This document shows, piece after piece, positions 29,301 through 32,000 of a DNA stretch of 32,000 nucleotides; positions within the stretch are counted from its first letter, which is position 1; each line of letters begins with the position of its first letter. The position numbers and the translations under genes are program-made. Source of the DNA: a metagenome. The notes below the pieces were generated by a model that worked only from the letters and a program-made list of their open reading frames with translations, did no database searches and was not told the origin of the DNA. The DNA lies in sequence record k141_463225; one strand, 5' to 3'.

Positions 29301-31625
29301 TTATCTGTGCTCATCGATTTCATTGTTCTCTCCTCCTTCTGTTTCCCTTAAATCGGCATGTATTGCTATCGTCTCCCACTCCCGCACTTCCATAAATAGT
29401 TGGCCCGCGACTTGTGCAGGAGCAGCAACAGTTGTTGGATTCATTTCGGCCCCTCGTGGCACCCCTGCAAAAACTCCCAACAGCACCGACTCGGCCACAT
29501 CTTCCGTTGATCGTCGAATACGAAGTTCACGTAACAGGTCAGCTCGGGTGTATTGAGGAAACATGTCTACTAGTTGCTCCATTGCCACGGCCTCTTCATC
29601 AGGTGTCATGTTGACAGCGCCGGCGAGAAGTAATAGTCGTCGAAAGAAGGATTGCCCTTGTCGAGGGTCTTGAACTCCACCTTCGACAGCAGTAGTTCCT
29701 AATGGTGGCCTTCGAACGACTTCAAAAGAAAAGGCAGGTAATGGTAACCACGCTGGCAAGATACCTTCAGTGGAAAATCGAAAGAGTGCATGTTCACCAC
29801 CAGCATTATTATTCATATTGGCGGCAACAGGGACCTCACGAACACGATCATTCTCTTCATTCATCGGCTCATCTCCGTCATCAAAAAGCGCTATTTGTAC
29901 ACCACCATTGGTGGGTACGGGAATTGTGGTTGTATTCTCCAGCTGACGCCCATCCAACACCGACGCTCGACACAACGGACATCTTGCAGCCTCAATAGAC
30001 CGAGCTCTCTCCACAACTTCTCTAAGGCAATGAGTATGATACATGTGGCCACATGCAACTTTCTTGATATTTCCTGTTGACATGGTCCCCATACAAATGC
30101 AGCAAACATCCCCAGTAGCCGAAGCCTTCATCAGTTCCATATCATTGGCGTCCTTAAAGAGCCCTTCAAGATCACGAGCGATCCGATTTAAATTTTGTCG
30201 TTCGGCAATTTTCTTTCCAGCTGCACTCAATGCCGAGTGTAAGTGCAAGGCAAGTACGCCATCAATTAATGTAAAGTGAAGGCCATGCAGCGACCAAATG
30301 TGCAAGAAATGAGCAACCGTCAAAACATAGGCCAACAACTGCAGAAAGAGTATTGTCGATTCCAAGAAACTAAAGCGTTTCGCATTGCGAGCCTCCAAGA
30401 TCTCCATTCTTCTGTCCAATCGTTTTGACTCTTCCATCAATTCTTTGATGTCCATATCTGAGTCCGTTGTCGCACGATTCTCTTCTGCTTTATGCCTCAA
30501 CTCATAAACTGAGAGTTGCCGATCTTCAATTGCAGAGATTTGCAATGAATGTTGATCTTCCATTCCTTGCCCCATGTGGCGAAGAATATGACAGACAACA
30601 TCTACAGCCAAGAGTGCGCAGTCGCACATCAATAAAAACACCATGCTCCACCCAGCGCCATGAAAAAGTCCAGCGCAGACAGCTGCCGCAAAGACGTCAC
30701 TAATAAGAATCAAGATTAGCAAATGCAATACTCCAGGTTTGGGTGGTTGACCGGCTAAAGAAGTATGAGAAGTTGTGGCACTGGCGAGCGCTGCCAAGGA
30801 GCGAAGAAAACTAAAGAGGGTATACCAGCTCAACAAGATCAAGAGATCCAATGTATCAGGCGCCACCACAGCGGAAATCAAAAGGAGTTTGAAAACTAGA
30901 AATCCTCCAAGCCGTTCTCGGCCGGCCCATCTGGCACTGTCGTCGTCTGCCTCTCGTCTATGTCCAAGGAAAAACATCGCGACGGACCCATGAGCCAAGT
31001 AGGTCATCACCAATAACAGATTGGCGACCACGAGTAAACGCGGCGATGATTTAAAAATTTTATCAATAATGTCAGTGGATGTATTGGGAGATGGACTGAG
31101 AAGTGTTGGATCAATTAAAGTTAGTGCGAGACAAAGGAAAGGGGTACCCTTCTTTTCCAATTGTTCTTCCAGCTTCTGCGGAGGCAATAGCCAACGAATC
31201 CAAACAGGAGGTTCTTTTTTGGGTGGTTTAATGGGTAATTCTACCCGAATCCCGAGAAAAATGTCTTGAATGAACTTGAACAAATCAAACTGTTCTTGTT
31301 CCTTTTTCTCGAAGGCGTTCCGCGAAGAGTCTGTCTCTTGCGAAGGACCACTTACGCCGGGCTCTCTGTAAAAGACTCTGCCTCCAGCGGATGTCGCAAC
31401 TTTCCCCGACGGTGCGACGATGGCAATTAGAACCAGAATGATGGAAACTAAGTAGTACCAATGAGTGCCCTTGACGGTAAAGGAACGAGATTGTTGACTC
31501 CTGCTACGTGGTGATTGTTGTCGTTGTTGTTGTTGTTGCTGTTGCTGCAGACGATCTGCCGGCGGAATCTCGCCATTTGCTTCTTGCCGTACTCGTCGGC
31601 GTTCTGCTGCTGGAAACCCGTCCAT
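29301..31625 (-). CDS. Multi-pass membrane RING-H2 E3 ubiquitin ligase with C-terminal CUE domain (AMFR/gp78-like, ERAD-type)
   Basis: Track start 31751 is TTG; the first ATG is at 31625 (MDGFPAAE). There are about 8-9 hydrophobic segments. RING-H2: CCICMGTMSTGNIKKVACGHMYHTHCLREVVERARSIEAARCPLCR. CUE: AMEQLVDMFPQYTRADLLRELRIRRSTEDVAESVLLG, with the MFP and LL signatures. Confidence 0.8.
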   Translation of the reverse strand: MDGFPAAERRRVRQEANGEIPPADRLQQQQQQQQRQQSPRSRSQQSRSFTVKGTHWYYLVSIILVLIAIVAPSGKVATSAGGRVFYREPGVSGPSQETDSSRNAFEKKEQEQFDLFKFIQDIFLGIRVELPIKPPKKEPPVWIRWLLPPQKLEEQLEKKGTPFLCLALTLIDPTLLSPSPNTSTDIIDKIFKSSPRLLVVANLLLVMTYLAHGSVAMFFLGHRREADDDSARWAGRERLGGFLVFKLLLISAVVAPDTLDLLILLSWYTLFSFLRSLAALASATTSHTSLAGQPPKPGVLHLLILILISDVFAAAVCAGLFHGAGWSMVFLLMCDCALLAVDVVCHILRHMGQGMEDQHSLQISAIEDRQLSVYELRHKAEENRATTDSDMDIKELMEESKRLDRRMEILEARNAKRFSFLESTILFLQLLAYVLTVAHFLHIWSLHGLHFTLIDGVLALHLHSALSAAGKKIAERQNLNRIARDLEGLFKDANDMELMKASATGDVCCICMGTMSTGNIKKVACGHMYHTHCLREVVERARSIEAARCPLCRASVLDGRQLENTTTIPVPTNGGVQIALFDDGDEPMNEENDRVREVPVAANMNNNAGGEHALFRFSTEGILPAWLPLPAFSFEVVRRPPLGTTAVEGGVQDPRQGQSFFRRLLLLAGAVNMTPDEEAVAMEQLVDMFPQYTRADLLRELRIRRSTEDVAESVLLGVFAGVPRGAEMNPTTVAAPAQVAGQLFMEVREWETIAIHADLRETEGGENNEIDEHR
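31515..31550 (-). repeat. CAA/CAG trinucleotide run encoding LQQQQQQQQRQQ in the E3 ligase N-terminal tail
   Basis: Direct reading: the plus strand shows a TTG/CTG run. Confidence 0.9.
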
Positions 31626-32000
31626 CGTGCTGCTAATAGGAAAGGGAACTGGTCGAAGACGACAGTGTTGAAAGGGTTCTCGTTGGGTTTCGAATTTCTT
31701 TTTGCAGCGATATCTAATTGCATTCGTTTCTGTAGTGCTGTCCAGTGTCAATACTGTGAGTCAAACAATACAACCCGGAAATTTCTTCGTTGAACCCGAA
31801 TGTCTTCGACAGGCGATATTAAGATTTTGAAAAGTCTGAGACTGCCTTGCCGTTAATTCCACTTCGTTGTTATTTTGCCGAGGAGCGGACAGACGGGAAG
31901 AAAAGTGCCAATTATCGAATGAAATAAAAATTTGACTTTCAAGTATCTCCCAATTTATGTAGTCTATCGAGTCGTTTCGAGTAGCTCCATTTCTCTTGAA

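Noticed and set aside
1-32000. A prokaryotic-style system (operon, defence island, CRISPR array, prophage, integron)
   Set aside because: The genes are typical eukaryotic ones and several need GT..AG introns. Orientation alternates gene by gene, with individual promoters and 3' spacers. The neighbours are functionally unrelated. There are no direct-repeat/spacer arrays, integrase or transposase ORFs, or RBS-coupled gene strings.
1-32000. tRNA, rRNA or other canonical RNA genes
   Set aside because: I scanned for T-loop (GGTTCGAATC/GTTCRANYC) and rRNA-like conserved strings and found none outside coding sequence. A covariance-model scan (tRNAscan-SE/Infernal) would be needed to be certain.

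Overview
This window is gene-dense eukaryotic nuclear DNA, most likely from a diatom or related ochrophyte alga; it is not prokaryotic or phage. Three lines of evidence support this. (1) The long ORFs encode typical eukaryotic machinery: clathrin heavy chain, ESCRT-II VPS25, an AMFR/gp78-like RING-CUE ligase, a CK1-type kinase and a class I cyclic-nucleotide phosphodiesterase. (2) Clathrin and VPS25 recover their conserved N-termini only if a very short 5' exon is spliced over a GT..AG intron, and a third gene probably has the same layout. (3) Three proteins (Z-ISO, Era, a 2OG-oxygenase-like protein) start with a signal peptide followed by a Ser/Ala-Phe junction, as in the bipartite plastid presequences of secondary-plastid algae. 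I support 13 protein-coding genes in alternating orientation, with short CpG-containing promoters and 3' spacers. I see no rRNA, tRNA, CRISPR array, intact transposon, operon or defence-island structure. I also do not see a multi-gene 'system': the neighbouring genes are functionally unrelated. The items worth a second look are single genes or non-coding features. They are: a CK1-like kinase fused to three FHA-like repeats that lack the canonical phosphothreonine-contact residues; a protein with two copies of a C-x2-C-x9-C-x5-H-x3-PW module that I cannot assign to a known domain; a phosphodiesterase whose catalytic domain is split by a roughly 300-aa Ser/Thr-rich insert carrying RRxS sites; AT-rich spacers almost completely devoid of CpG; and two recurrent promoter motifs. 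The ORF track prints M for TTG/GTG starts, so I moved several starts to the first ATG. All counts were made by eye and no database search was possible.
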